From NCBI GenBank assembly GCA_051294375.1, contig CM119266.1, positions 13,205,700-13,269,699 of the forward strand: a stretch of 64,000 nt of DNA, read 5' to 3'. A program made the position numbers and the translations under genes. Shown here piece by piece: positions 12,878-25,888 of the stretch (positions are counted from its first letter, which is position 1; the number at the start of each line of letters is the position of its first letter). The stretch comes from Paraspadella gotoi (lineage: Eukaryota > Animalia > Chaetognatha). The notes beneath the pieces are model-generated. The model worked only from the letters and a program-made list of their open reading frames with translations. It was not told the origin of the DNA and did no database searches.

Positions 12878-13082
12878 TTTCTACCGTCTCCGGTCATTAG
12901 GTTATTTGTTCGTTTGCTCGTTTCTAAAGAACTACATTCGTTCTTTGTTGTTCTTCAAATGATCTTTGTTAATATTTTAAAAAGAGGCAATCAAATGGGT
13001 GACTTTCAGTTTGCGCAAAGTTTTGACTTAATTCTGAATTCGTTATTCTTTTTTTTTAGTTAGTAAGAAAACCCTGCCAAGT

Positions 13083-13125
13083 CCGAGTCCGAGTCTTAGG
13101 CCAGGGTCCCTGGCCTCGGACTCGG
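13083..13125. repeat. Short GC-rich palindrome
   Basis: ccgagtccgag...aggccaggg-t-ccctggcct-cggactcgg. Confidence 0.8.
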
Positions 13126-13375
13126 TCTCCTTCGAACGTCCAACTCAAAATGAGGAAAGAAAAGTTTCTAAATCTGCTCTTTATTTTTTATGAGCTTTTT
13201 TCCCCTTTTGTTAATAATCCTTGCGAATAAATAAATTAGTGTACGACGCCTATATTCACAATTATATTCATAATTTATTTTTCCACTATCGTTTCCTTCA
13301 TTTAGTACTTTCCCTTCCTTCGTTTTGGACACACTCTCTGCTCGTTTAGAAAAGGCTATCCTTTGTTTTAAGTCT

Positions 13376-13444
<69 letters not shown>

Positions 13445-14095
13445 CAGCCACGAGGCCACGGTCTTGGCTGTTTTATTACTTCATTAGTCAGCGAAATTGC
13501 GGCTTCGTTTTCCTCTCGGTTTTTGGTGGTGAAGCCGCCGCCACTTTTCGGCGGTTTGCTTCTGGGTTCGACGCTCAAAGTCCAAGCGAGTTTTTTTTTG
13601 TCGGGAGGAAAGAATGAGTTAAGAGATAACAGCGTCCGCTCGGTTTAACAAAGTTGTTAAATATAATTTCTATATTTTCTCGAGATGAATGTTTTAAACT
13701 TCACGGCCCTCTAATATTCTATGTAGTAGTGTAAAAACGTGTTAAAAAAAAAGTAAACAAGTAACCTTGCCGCAAACTTTAGCCGAGTGTACAAGAACCG
13801 AATTCGTCAAATTGACAGAAGTACCCGACGAAAAAAAAAAATTTAAGTCAACAAAGCAACGGTGGAACCTCCGCCGGTTAATGGGGTCGTAACATTTTCT
13901 TGTTGATTTTTCTCGATAAAAAAAATGAAGCCAAACAAATAAAAACTTACAAAAATGCGGCCTCTTTCCTTTTTGAGTCTTTCCCCTTTTTTTTACAATT
14001 CTTTTTTGCTTTCCATTTTCTAAAGCCATCTAGATTTTTTTTCCCCTTTTGATTTATTCCTCCATTCGGAAAATCGATAAATCGTTTTTAACCAA

Positions 14096-14164
14096 CCGGC
14101 GACCGGGCGACCGGGCGACCAGGCGACCGGGCGACCGGGCGACCGGGCGACCGGGCGACCGGGC
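14096..14164. repeat. 9-bp tandem repeat (cgaccgggc-type), about 7 copies
   Basis: ccggcgaccgggcgaccgggcgaccaggcgaccgggcgaccgggcgaccgggcgaccgggcgaccgggc. Confidence 0.95.
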
Positions 14165-17100
14165 TCCCTGCTAGACGCCCGATCGTCGGTCTGAGAGGCG
14201 AGGTCGGCGAAAAAGGCTACGTTGTTTGCGCCCCTTGTGGTTGTTTTTTTTACTAAGTTCAAGTTATAAACACGAGCGAAATGGTTTGGCGCGCGCGGGG
14301 TCAGTGCCGGTTAAAGGGTGGGGAGAAATCGGCGCCGTTTAGAAGGCAAATCGGCGCCGCGTTAGAATGTCTGGCCGAACTGTCGGGCTTCTAGTGGATC
14401 ACGCCAACCCAGAGACGCGACCTTTATGTGGAGACGAAGTGAGGATCTTTGGCGGGGGAAAAAGACTTAAAAACGAGGGAGGGAGGAAAAGAGGGAGGAA
14501 GAGGAGGACGAGAAAAAGCGATTGTGAAAGAACGAGGAAGTACACTGTGACTGGGAGAAAAAAAGGGAAAAGGGGAAAATCGAGAGAATGGGCGACATGA
14601 ATTGAAATGAATTTCGACGGGAACATTTAGGAAATTTGGCGACAAAGTAGGAGAAATAAATCGTGATATTGAAAGTTAAAAAAAGAAGAAAATTTCAATT
14701 GGGGATGGGGAAATTGGGAAAATATAGTATAACGCTGACAAAATGATAAAAATTCAATTTTTTGACACATTAACGTCAAGTTAGAACGAAATAACAAATA
14801 ACAAACTCGAAGGATAAGGACTATACACGAAGAGACGAAGAGAATTACTGACTGTGTCTGAAGTGAAGGGGAAATTAAAGAAACTACTAGATGCCCTGAA
14901 TCCGAGAAAAAAAACCATTCCTTTAGAAAAAGAGGAAGAAAAGGAACGAGTTTCTGAATGCGGAGAAAGAAGCAGACAAGGAGGCCGAGAGGTAGTAGAA
15001 AGAAACAAAGTCTTGGCCCCAGAGGCGTTTGCTTTGTACCAAAAAAATTTTTTTGAGACCTGAACGAACTCATCGGGGGGCAAAAAAAAACAAAAACAAA
15101 AGACTGCTGGCATGAAAAAGTAAACGGCTTAAAGAAAACTGTGACATAACCAGAGAAACTAACAAACAAGGAGACTGAATTAGATGAAATGAAACATTCG
15201 AAAGCCACAGAGGCGTTTAAACAAGGCTGAAGAAATTCAGAAGAGAAAAGAAATTTATTTTCCTCGATTGCGATGCCACATAGGGGTTCGCGAACTGAGG
15301 TTCAAATCGGAAGTAAACAGTAAACAAAGCAAAAACATGAAAAAGTAAAAAAAATCACCGAATCCAAAGAGAAAAGGGTTTTTCCTGAATCGGGGGAAAA
15401 AAAACTTTGCGATCGATATGAGGGAAATTCGTCTTCCGTTCGTCCCCACGGGAATTCCTCATCGTCAACCGGAAGTCGCTCGATGTTCACTAGTCTAAAT
15501 CCTCGATGGATTGGTTATGGATTGGTCAATGACCGACTGCACTTTACGATGACTTTGTTGCGCCCCTATGTGTGTCAGTGTGTCAGTGTCAGTTGATATC
15601 ATGTTCCTTTATTTATTTACAGTCGGAGTTTCACTGAGGTCGCGAGACTCGCTTTACTAGCTCCTTCCCAAATATCTCTTTGAAGATATCAAACCGACGA
15701 CATTTCGCTGCATCGACTTGCAATTTTATTTCCCTACATTTTTAGTCCCACAAGTCATTTTTCTTCTTCTCAGCAAGCCGCTTGATATATACCGTAAATG
15801 AAAAATCTATTTTATTTCTTTTTTTTATCTACCTACTGCACTCTAGCATTTTTCAAAGAGCTTTTTAGTTAGTTTCTCCATTCGTTTTGAGAATTCTAAT
15901 TTTTTTCCCATTTTTTTCTTTTCCTTCTTCTTACCTCATTAGCCTCTCACGCGCTCAACGTCTCCTTCCCTCCTTTTCTTTTTATTCTTTTTCTCGTTAT
16001 AATCTCCTTTGATCATTTCCCTTTCATGTTTTCTCTCATTATAACCTGATTCTCTGGATTTCCGTCATTTGCTTCTCATCTCCTTTTCTCTCATTCTCCT
16101 TTTCTCTTTCGAATCCTCTCTTCTCATTTTTTTCTCCTCTTCCCTCCCACTTTCCTCCTTTCTTCCTTTCCTCCTTTCCTCCTTTCCTCCTTTCCTCCGA
16201 TATTCAGTTTCATTCTTCAAAACTCTCACGTCTTTCCTAGTTTTGATTCGTTTTGGGAATTAAATTCTTCTTCAACTTTTTTCTTTCTTTTTTTTCTCTC
16301 TTTTTTCCTTCATTTTCTTTTATAAGGAACCTCATGCCTTTTTCTTCTTTTAGATTCTAGTTCTATGTTTCTGTTCGGAGAACTCATGATTTTTTTTCAA
16401 TCTTCCCACTTTTTGCTTTCAGTTGACATCACATTACCCTTTTTAATAATTATCATTCTTTCCTTCTTTTAATAAAATTTCTTTAAATCTCGCCAACTTT
16501 TGTAATATCATCCCTTTTTTTTTCACGACCACTATTTACTATAAATCTTATTCTATCGCAATTCATATTCTCGGATTCCCCCAGAAACGGCGCCGTTTCC
16601 CTCATTTAAAATTTCTCCAACCGTCATTTACCAATTTTTTGCATTTTTCATTCAACGATCCTAGGACGACCGACGTCGGCGACAGTTTTAGAACGCCACG
16701 TAAAATATTCAAAGCCACGGAAAATATTCTCAAAGTTTCCCATAAAACATTCAATCTTTTTTTTTCTTACTTTTTTAGTTCATCGTTAGAACTAACTACC
16801 CCGTTTGTTTATTTTTTTGGTTTGTTTTTGTTTTTTCCTAACGGCCTACTCAATTTTTGAGCTAAACATACGTCCCATCGTTCGCGGGCGAAACATCTTT
16901 GCGCAAATTGCGACGTGACGCTAACCTCGTTACGCCCTCTATCGAGAGCGCTCCTTTCAGTCTCACCTTTTTTCTCCTTTTTTTTCCGCTTCTTTTACAG
17001 ATTTGGATTTCATCTTTCTTTCACGTTTACTTCTCAGGGGAAAACTACCTTTCACTTTCCGTTCCTTTCAAGATTTTTTGGGTTTTTTTAAATCTTCGTC

Positions 17101-19330
17101 GCCTCCAACGTTTAAATCCTATTTTTTAATGTTCGTTCTTTCCTCCTTTTTTACGCTTATTCCTCCCTGAGTTCATTTTCGTAATGTTTTTCTCATTTCT
17201 TCCTAATTTCTCCCTTTCAGTTTCGCAATTTTATAAAAAGGAGACATTTGTTAATTTTGTGTATGTCAAAATCTTCCTTTTTTTAATTTTCAACAACTTC
17301 CTCTTTTCTCTTTTATGTCTTGATCTCTTTTTTGTTTTTAACATTAATTTTCCCATCTTTTTTTTACGTTTTCTTTATTCCATTAACTGTCGTGACAAAT
17401 TATTTTCTTTCTAGCAAAAATATTATTCATTTCTTTGTTTACACTCTTTTGTTTCCATTTCTGCATGGACTCACATTTTCTTTTTTTTTTCTTTTTTCCT
17501 TTTTGTTTTTTCTTTCCGCTAATCTCCTTTTCCCCTTTTTTTTCCCGTGCTCCCTCGCGCCTTCAGGAGCTTTCTCCTTCCTGGCGTTTTTTCCTCTTCT
17601 GCAGGCGCCGTTCTGTCACTCTTTCTATTTTTATTCGTCTGCCCCTAAAAAAGAAGAAAAAAATAAATAAAGGAAAAAAAAAGGATTTCGTCGTAATTCT
17701 TTGTCACAGAAAATTAATGGCGTGAGAAAAGAAATTTCTTATTTTTCGTCTGCAAAGTGCGATGCCAAGTGCCCGTTGCACAGCACACCATAGGAACAGA
17801 CTCGTAATGTTTTATTACCGACTCGCGCCAAAGTAAGTCAATTGAATTAAACTGCGAGCCTCCACATTTTCTTTCATCCCTTTCTCTTTTTTTTGCTCCT
17901 CTTTTAGTTTGTTTCTTTATTGTTCCATTATTTTTATTTTGCATATATATAAGCCCGTATTTTCAAGAGGTCTAACCCCAAGTCACCTTGTCTATTCGCG
18001 CAACTGTCAACCCTTAACTTAAACGCAAAGCACCTGTCATCTCCGTCGGCGTCGCGGTCACCAAACGACGTTCGCTTCGCATAAGCCCGCGCGCCCTAAC
18101 ACATACGTACGTACTGGCGGTCGCGCCGGGCGCGTGAATTCTCGCGAATTCGCGTTTCCGTCCGATCGCGCGCTCGGCGCTCGTTTTCGGTTACATTATT
18201 TCCTCTTGCGAGATTTCGGCCTCGAGATATAAATCGACGCCGCGCCGAATGGTCGCGCAGAATGGCGTCGCATTATCGTCCCGCCTCTCGGAATGAAGGA
18301 AAGTGTAGATTTTATTTGATAAAACATTTCATCGGTCAATTCTTGCCAGGTTTAGCCTAGTTTTGCCCTAACATAGTTTAGAAATTCCTGATCAAAAATC
18401 GAGCACTACCCTCGAGAGTCTCGGCCAACATTATTCAATGTTTTTGCCAATCAGTTAATAAACATTTTTATAGTGAAATATTCTTTATTCATTTTTTCTT
18501 CCGCACCATGAAAACGCTCTTCATTCACAAACGCCCAGCTGCTCTTCGCGAAGATGTAACCAGTGAAATGTGAAAAAAATCCAATCAAGTCGACGTTAAC
18601 AGCTGCGCCGACAATTGTCTCTCGTCGGTTTGTCGGGGCGTTAAGCATCATGCCGTCGACGCCTCTGCCGATGTATAGACATCGAATCTCACAAACGAAT
18701 CGATGCGTTTCTTTAGTGACATTAAAGTCACCATCCGTGACGAGTTTTCTGTTTTGTTTTGTTTTGTTTTGTTTATATTTTTCTTCTTTTATCATTTTTT
18801 TTCTACGGAGGATGGTTTTCGAGTGGATGATCTCTCAACGATGCGACAACCCCATTTCGCAAAATGTGAATTTCTTCGATGGCTGCACGTATCGCTTTAT
18901 TTTATGTATTTTATGTATTTTTTTGAGCAGCCGGAAGAAAGATTACCCCGGCGATGTCAAATGCAACTGGCACGGAGTGGAACGTGGTGTATTGCATAAA
19001 CCCACAAGCTTATCGGGTTTCCCAGTGAAAAAACCTTTGCAAATTTTTTTTGTGAGTATTTTTTATTTGCTTACTTTTTGCCCTCAACTCCACACACACA
19101 CTCACAACACACACTCACAACACAAAAAAAAACCCGCACACAAGTCCTTATAAAATCTCGGTGTGCTTGTATCGAGTCTCGATTGCGGATAATTGTCTTT
19201 GTTTCTCCCTCCTCCGATGGAACTGCTTGTAGATTGCTCCCGGTCGATTCCAGATTGGATTCTATGATTGCTTCTCAGCGAAGTCCCTAAATCCAATAAA
19301 TCTCGCGGAGGGAAATGGAGGCCGTTTCCG

Positions 19331-19343
19331 GTTGCTAGGCAAC
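19331..19343. promoter_or_regulatory. RFX-binding X-box (GTTGCTAGGCAAC)
   Basis: Exact 13-bp palindromic X-box, with the palindrome extended by CG flanks. It lies ~240 bp upstream of the splice acceptor (19580-81) of the His-rich gene. Confidence 0.6.
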
Positions 19344-19623
19344 CGTACTTTTTTTTCGATAATCCGAGGAACCGGGCAGAGTTGTAGAAAATTGGCGCGG
19401 GAGTCAGATTAACGGTTTTTCTTGTTTTTTTGGTTTCGCCGAAAAATTCGAAGTTTCATTGTACCGTTTTTTTTTCAATGTTTTCCATTCGACTTTAAAA
19501 GAAAGGCGTTCCGTTTCTTAGGCTTTTTTGTTGTTTTATTTTTTTTTCTCGTTATTTTGTTTATTTTATGCTGTTTATTAGACCGCGCCAACTACCACCC
19601 GCTCACACAATATCCTAGCGCCA

Positions 19624-19955
19624 ATGGGCGACGTCGAGGAAGACGCCTTCTCGAAACGGCGCCGCCTCATCTACTCCCTCCTCGACGACATCCGGCGTCA
19701 CCCGCTCTACGACCCCAACTACCGCGGCGACACCGGCGCCCTCCGCCGCGACGCCCGTTCTCCGAAGGAGTTCCCCTACGAACCCGGCGCCGTTTTGACG
19801 GCGGGCGCGAAGAACGCCGGCGGCGGCGACGAACCGATCGACGACGATGACGACGACGACAGCGACTTAGAGTTTTGGGACATCGAGAAAAAAAGCCGAA
19901 ACAACAACAGAGTCGTGCAGATTTTAAAAAGGGCGCCTCACCTTAAACTTAATGG
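19624..19955 (+). CDS. His-rich low-complexity protein, coding exon 1 (MGDVEEDAFSKRRRLIYSLLDDIRRHPLYDPNYRGD...HLKLNG)
   Basis: GC3-rich open frame after a polypyrimidine/TAG acceptor (exon from 19582, in frame). ATG at 19624. GT donor at 19956 is phase 2, matching the next exon. Confidence 0.75.
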
Positions 19956-20014
19956 GTGGAATCGGGAGGCGAAGTCGAGAAGAATATCGAGGTTGGTTAT
20001 GGGGGCGGGACGCG

Positions 20015-20084
<70 letters not shown>

Positions 20085-21250
20085 AGAGAGAGAGATGAGA
20101 GAGTGAGAGAGAGAGAGACGAGATATTATAATTTTTTTTTCAAAAGATTAACGGTCGTCGGAAAACGCGCGCTTAAATTCTCTATAAATTCTGGCATAAC
20201 GGGATTTTTCAAAACAAAACTGTCCGGGGATAAATTATCCTCTTTTTTCTTCTTTCGTCAGAACTCATTTGTCCGTCACAAAAGCTCTTTGTCCTGGATG
20301 TTAAAAATTTCGAATTATAACCTTGGTTCAATAAAGAAAAGTTTGGAAAACTTGGATTTTCTAAAGATAATTACAATAATTATGAATTGTATGAAAGCTA
20401 CACATTTATGTTAGCGATACTTCCCGGAACTAAGTCCACCCGCGGCGACAAAACTCGTCTGGAGAAACTCATGAATTTTCGATTTTCTCTGGAGACGGAA
20501 ACCGAGGGAAAAGGTCGACTCGAGTCTGAAGGAAATTCCGTGGAAATCTGGGAAAAATGTTATCGACGGGGACGCAGGAGACGGGAAACGGGGAAGACCG
20601 CCCGGGGACGGGAAACCGGGAAAGTCCAACCAGGAACGTCGAACCGGGAAAGTCGGGAGAGAAACGGCACCGATGAAGCGGCCATTTTTTGTCGGGGCAG
20701 AAAAAAAAAAAAGACGATTATAACCTGAACCTAAACCTGAACAATTTTTAAAAAATCTAGCTTATGAATTTCAAAGAGTATTTATAGCATTAATTGAGAT
20801 ATAGATTTAGCCAAATTGCCGGAAGGCAAAGAAGGCAGATGGCGGAGTTGGCGAGAATCGAAGGCAAAACAAGAAAAGGCAATTTTGAGTCGACGCCGAA
20901 AATGTAGGGCAAATATGAGCGATGGGATCTACCGACATTTCGGCGCCATTCGTGCCGACAAATGAGAGGCTAATTATGTAACCGACAGACTGAAGCTAAG
21001 AGTCAGTGATTGTTATTGTCTGGCTTTAAAGAATAATGTTAGGAAAACAATGATGAAATAAAAATATATTTCGCACATAATTTTGTTTTCCATAGGAGAA
21101 AGAGGAAAAGAGAATCCATTTCATTATTTATTCTTTTTTTTATATATCTCTGACCTAAATATGAATGAGAAATAAAAAAATAAAAAAGTAAACAAAATGT
21201 ATGTTATGGTTTTATCGGGACGTAGATGTCAAAAACAATCTTTGTCTTCT

Positions 21251-21353
<103 letters not shown>

Positions 21354-21366
21354 CTTCCTTTTTCAG

Positions 21367-22096
21367 GTACTATAACCGTGCACCGGCGGACCAGGAACAG
21401 GCTAGGCACGAACACCAGCAACACCAGCAAAACCAGCAACACCCGCAACACCAGCATGGCCCTAAACAGCAACATCCTCAGGCCGGGCCTCATCATCACA
21501 ACGAAGCACAATTGAGACATGAGGAGGAAAGGCTGCGGCACGTGGAGGATCGCCTACGGAATGAGGAAGACGAATTGCGGCGTAAGGAGGAAAGATTGCG
21601 ACAACGTGAAGAAGCATTGCTTCATGGGGAAGAACGTCTACGGCATTTGGAGGATCGCATGGGGCATCCGGACCACGCTCGGCCCATGCGTTCCCCGGAA
21701 AAACTTCGGGCTCTTGAGGATCGAAGAGGACTGGGCGGGGTAAGGCCTGCCCCTGAGCGAAGACCCGGCGAAGCTGGTCCCATTCGGAAGCCCGTGCCCG
21801 GAAAAGAGGACGAGAAGGGGAAAAAACGGCCCAAGGCTGAACCCGGGCAGGGCGGGGAAGTTGAGAAGGAAAAAGAGAAGAAAGAAAAAGAAAAGGACGA
21901 AAAGAAGGAGAAGAAGGAGCAGGGAGGAAAGAAAGGAGAAAAACAGGTTGTCAAGAAGGAGGAGGAGGAATACGAGGAAGACGAGGATTGGGACGAGGAG
22001 GACGACGATGAAAATTGGTCCCAAAAGATGAAGACGACACGAAATAAGAAATTGAGATTTCGAGGGAACTCGTCGAAGAATTTCAAATTAAATTGG
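21367..22096 (+). CDS. His-rich protein, exon 2: Q/H-rich stretch, seven LRxEExR heptads (21512-21658), K/E-rich and acidic tracts
   Basis: Acceptor tttttcag at 21366 (phase 2), a 730-nt open frame, and donor gtgcga at 22097 (phase 0). Confidence 0.85.
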
Positions 22097-22273
22097 GTGC
22101 GACCAGAGTTTTATTTTCTTCTTCTTTCATTGTCTAAAACTATGAGATTTAATTTTTTTCAGCGACGTCTGGAGGGATTTTTAGATTTTTAAAACGCATT
22201 ACCTTAATATAGTTTTATTTTCTTAGTTTCGCATTTTCACTGATAATTTTCTCCTTTTTTTTTTCCGCCAAAG

Positions 22274-22624
22274 AATCAAGGCGATACGGATTCCGTGGAA
22301 TCCGTCAAGGTAGACGACGACGACAAAGCCGACAAAGCGACAAGCCGACAAAGCCGACAAAGCCGCCAAGGGCGACGCGGACGACGCCTCCAAACCGTCG
22401 GACACGGCGACACCGCCCCCGGGACTCCGGCGCTCCGCCGGCTCCGGGCGGGGGTCCTTCACCGGCGACGCCGGGCGCGCGCCCGACGACGCGAAGAAGA
22501 AGAGCGTGAAGGATAAAAAATCTGCTCACGGGAAGAAATCTAAAACACAGCAGACATAGCAAACACAGCAGACACAGCAGACACAGCAGACACAGCAAAC
22601 ACAGCCAACACAGAAGATCGGAGG
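22274..22624 (+). CDS. His-rich protein, exon 3: DKA repeats and [KR]HS repeats; needs 3 single-base indel corrections
   Basis: Acceptor ..ccgccaaag at 22273 (phase 0) and donor gttcgt at 22625. Restoring the 9-nt gacaaagcc repeat (+2 nt) and removing one A at ~22535 gives NQGDTDSVESVKVDDDDKADKADKA...KKSKHSRHSKHSRHSRHSRHSKHSQHRRSE. This ends in phase 1, matching exon 4. Confidence 0.65.
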
Positions 22625-23104
22625 GTTCGTTGTTTTGTGTTGCTTTGTTTTGTTGCTTTTTGTTTTTCCTGTTTCCCTTCTCCATTATTTATTAAAGAGG
22701 ATATCTAAAGGATGTTTCCGGGATTTTGACGGGAGCGGAAGAGAGAGAGAGAGGAGAGAGGAGAGAGGAGAGAGGAGAGAGAGAGAGAGAGAGAGAGGAG
22801 AGGAAGAGAGAGAGAGAGAGAGAAGGAAATGGTTTCGTTCTCGTCTATTCTATTCCACGGTGCGTAGAGGAGAGAAACGTTTAATCTTGAGACCAAGAGC
22901 CAACCACTCCACACCCTGATCTCCCCCTCTCCGTTTCACTCTACCTTTTTTGCATTCCCTCTCCTTCTCTTCTTCTTTTCTCTTCTCTTCTCTCTTCTTC
23001 TCTTCTCTTTTCTCCTCTTCTCTCCTCCTCCGCAGCCAAAGGCGTAGATAATGAAAAAGCCTTGATTCATCAAAAGGATTACGACATTCTGAAGGTGAAA
23101 GAGA

Positions 23105-23175
<71 letters not shown>

Positions 23176-23314
23176 AGAGAGGAGAATTGTGAGTGTTGTA
23201 TTTATGAAACAAGCTTTGGGCGACATTGTGCCCCTAAAAGCTACAACAATTTACAAAATGGTATTTACAGGCTGTGAAGTATTACATGAGAGACTGAAAG
23301 AGAGACAGATAGAT

Positions 23315-23394
<80 letters not shown>

Positions 23395-23491
23395 AAGAAT
23401 TGTGAGTATTGTATTAATGAAACAAGCACAAAGTATTACAAGAGAGACAGAGAGAGAGACAGATAGTAGATAGAGAGAGAGAAGAGAGAAT

Positions 23492-23558
<67 letters not shown>

Positions 23559-23593
23559 TTTTTTATATTTTACTTTGTCACTTTGCTGTTTAG

Positions 23594-23792
23594 GACAAAT
23601 TAAAGATGCATCCAGACATGTTTGGGCCTCAGGGAAGATGGGTTTGGGTCCCGGGGAAAGAACAAAAAGAGCCTCCTGGAAATCCGCCCACTGGGTAGAA
23701 GATCTTGGCATGAAGGAACCCAAACCAAAATTAGCGGGAGCCGACCAAATTCAAATTTTTAATGGGAACAGCATTAATCTAATTTATTATTG
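23594..23792 (+). CDS. His-rich protein, exon 4 (GQIKDASRHVWASGKMGLG...GNSINLIYY)
   Basis: Acceptor ctgtttag at 23593 (phase 1), open frame, donor gtatta at 23793 (phase 2). Both phases match the neighbouring exons. Confidence 0.75.
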
Positions 23793-24099
23793 GTATTAAT
23801 TATTGTGTTAAAATATTTTTTTGCAAAAATGTTCCGAACCATGAGTAATTCGCTAATTAATATTATTATATTGCTATGTAATTGGTACAACCAATATAAA
23901 AATTTCCATTCATTTAATAAATAAGCTATCTTGCCCTGACTTTGGACAGGCTTTGGTGGTTTAAGGCCTCCATCACTCTTACAAGATAATAACATAGCAG
24001 GTCCTGCAAGCTTTCAATCAAGACTCTTTCAAGTCTCGTTTATTCACTCCCAGAGTACCTGGCTTCCCTATCAATGAAGCTATATAATGTTAAAATTTT

Positions 24100-24382
24100 T
24101 TTGGGATATTTTAAGTTTTTTTAATTGATTCTGATAGAGCTTAAAAAGTTAAGCAAAAAATATAATTACAACTTTTTAAAATTTTGATGTTTTTATTACT
24201 GAAAATTAGTAAAAACTGTTAAAATCATCGGATGATGATGATGATGATGATGATGATTTTTTAAGGTTTTTTTCAATTTTAACCCACTTATCATCAAAAT
24301 ATTGAAAAAAGAATTATACTTTGTGTAGATAACTTTTCATAAGCTATTTGAATCTGCTTTTAAAAATAAAAAATGACATTTC
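24100..24382. mobile_element. Degenerate palindromic MITE-like element in intron 4
   Basis: The left arm (gattctgatagagcttaaaaagttaagc...aaaattttgatg) is roughly the reverse complement of the right arm (catcaaaatattg...ataacttttcataagctatttgaatc). It shares an aacccactta motif with the 31990-32280 family. Confidence 0.5.
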
Positions 24383-24639
24383 CTATCTATAAATAAATAT
24401 TAAAAAATTAATTACTAATGCTCTTGCCATTTTAGACAATTTTGCTCCATTGAAAGTTTTTCTCAGAAATGTAGAAGTTTCATTTGGAAAAGTTCCCAAT
24501 CAAATTCTGACCCACCCCATTGACGAAGTTTGGCTCTACCAAAATGCTTTATGATTCTATTTTAATTTGTTTTTATTGACAAGATAGTTAATTAGTTATT
24601 GAATGTTGATGAGATACCCCATTTTCCCTACCTTTGCAG

Positions 24640-25117
24640 CGTCGTGACAGAACTGCACGTTAATCTGGTTCACGGGTCCAAAGGAACCGGAGACCCCGGG
24701 GTACACATTCCGGAGGCAGCGCCCACGCCCCACGGGGGGCACGAGCCCCATGCTCCGCATGCGCCGAACCCTCCACACGATCCGCACGCACCGCACGCTC
24801 CCCACGATCCGCATGCGCCGCACGCACCGCACGCTCCCCATGATCCGCACGCACCACATGGAGCACCTATGGAACATCATGGCGGTGAACAAGCCCCGCA
24901 CCCACAACACGGCGCCCATCCAGAGCCGGGCCATAAAGAGCATGGCAAGGGCAAACACGGGCATGGGCAAGGGCACGGACATGGAAAGGGTCACGGAAAG
25001 GGACACGGTCGCGGGAAGGGACAAGCGAAAGGTGGTGCCAAGGGCCAGGGCAAGCGGAAGGACGGCAAGGGCGCGAAAAAGGATCAAGGAGGAAAGAAGA
25101 AGGGAGCAAAGAAATGA
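24640..25117 (+). CDS. His-rich protein, terminal exon 5: 13 xxP triplets (12 HxP: HAP/HDP/HEP), HG-rich and KG-rich tail
   Basis: Acceptor cctttgcag at 24639 (phase 2), open frame to TGA at 25115-25117. The repeat is conserved at protein level with synonymous variation (cac/cat, gct/gca/gcg). Confidence 0.85.
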
Positions 25118-25528
25118 AACAGTAAAAGAAATGGTTGTTTCTAAAAGACTTGGCCAAATATATCATTTAGAAATTCTTTTTTTTTGAAATTTTGAATGAA
25201 AAGGGGTCAAACGTATTTAAGTTATTTTAATATTAACTCGTGGCATGGCGCCGATGTTCTTTTGCTTTCCGTCGTTCGCCGAAAACCCTGAAGAACACGT
25301 TACTTGTTTCTTGTTATATTAAGCTGGCATTGAAGACAAACAAAAGATCAACGAAAGTTGTTATTGATTTTTTTTTTAAATTTAAAAGTTAACAATTTTA
25401 TTGGTTGATTATTATTATTTTGAAAATAAGTTTAAGACGCAAATTCTTTTTATTTTAAAAATCAAACTCATTCGAACTCATGCCATAAATGCTATAAAAC
25501 AAAGTTTATTGCCCTCATTTTGTCAGAT

Positions 25529-25600
25529 GCGTCAGTGGTGTAATGGTTAGCATAGTTGCCTTCCAAGCAGTTGATCGGGGTTCGATTCCCCGCTGACGCA
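25529..25600 (+). tRNA. tRNA-Gly(TCC)
   Basis: 72-nt cloverleaf GCGTCAG...CTGACGC-A, anticodon loop CTTCCAA, T-loop TTCGATT, intact A/B boxes, downstream oligo-T Pol III terminator. Confidence 0.97.
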
Positions 25601-25736
25601 GTTCTTTTTTTAGCCATGTATCCTCAAACAGAATTCATTTTTGAACTAAGTTATTTAGTAATTTTTTTGACATTTTAGAAATTTTAAAATTTATATGATT
25701 ACAACTTAGCTACACAAAATATATCACAAAGAAAGA

Positions 25737-25795
25737 TCAGTGGTGAAATGGTTGTCTTCCAAGCAGTTGATCACGGCTTGATTCTCCGCTACACA
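25737..25795 (+). pseudogene. Degenerate tRNA-Gly(TCC) pseudogene
   Basis: tcagtggtgaaatggttgtcttccaagcagttgatcacggcttgattctccgct aligns to the flanking tRNAs, with a deletion of about 9 nt after the D-loop and a damaged B box. Confidence 0.85.
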
Positions 25796-25816
25796 AAACG
25801 TAAAAAATCCAGGGAA

Positions 25817-25888
25817 GCGTCAGTGGTGTAATGGTTAGCATAGTTGCCTTCCAAGCAGTTGATCGGGGTTCGATTCCCTGCTGACGCA
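25817..25888 (+). tRNA. tRNA-Gly(TCC)
   Basis: Identical to the 25529 copy except one C>T in the T-stem (G-U pair retained). Oligo-T follows. Confidence 0.96.

Noticed and set aside
18500-19060. Cys-containing exon-like blocks (SCADNCLSSVCRGV; KCNWHG) reminiscent of PAN/lectin modules
   Set aside because: In-frame stops and no consistent splice phases on either strand. It may be a pseudogene, but I cannot support a call.
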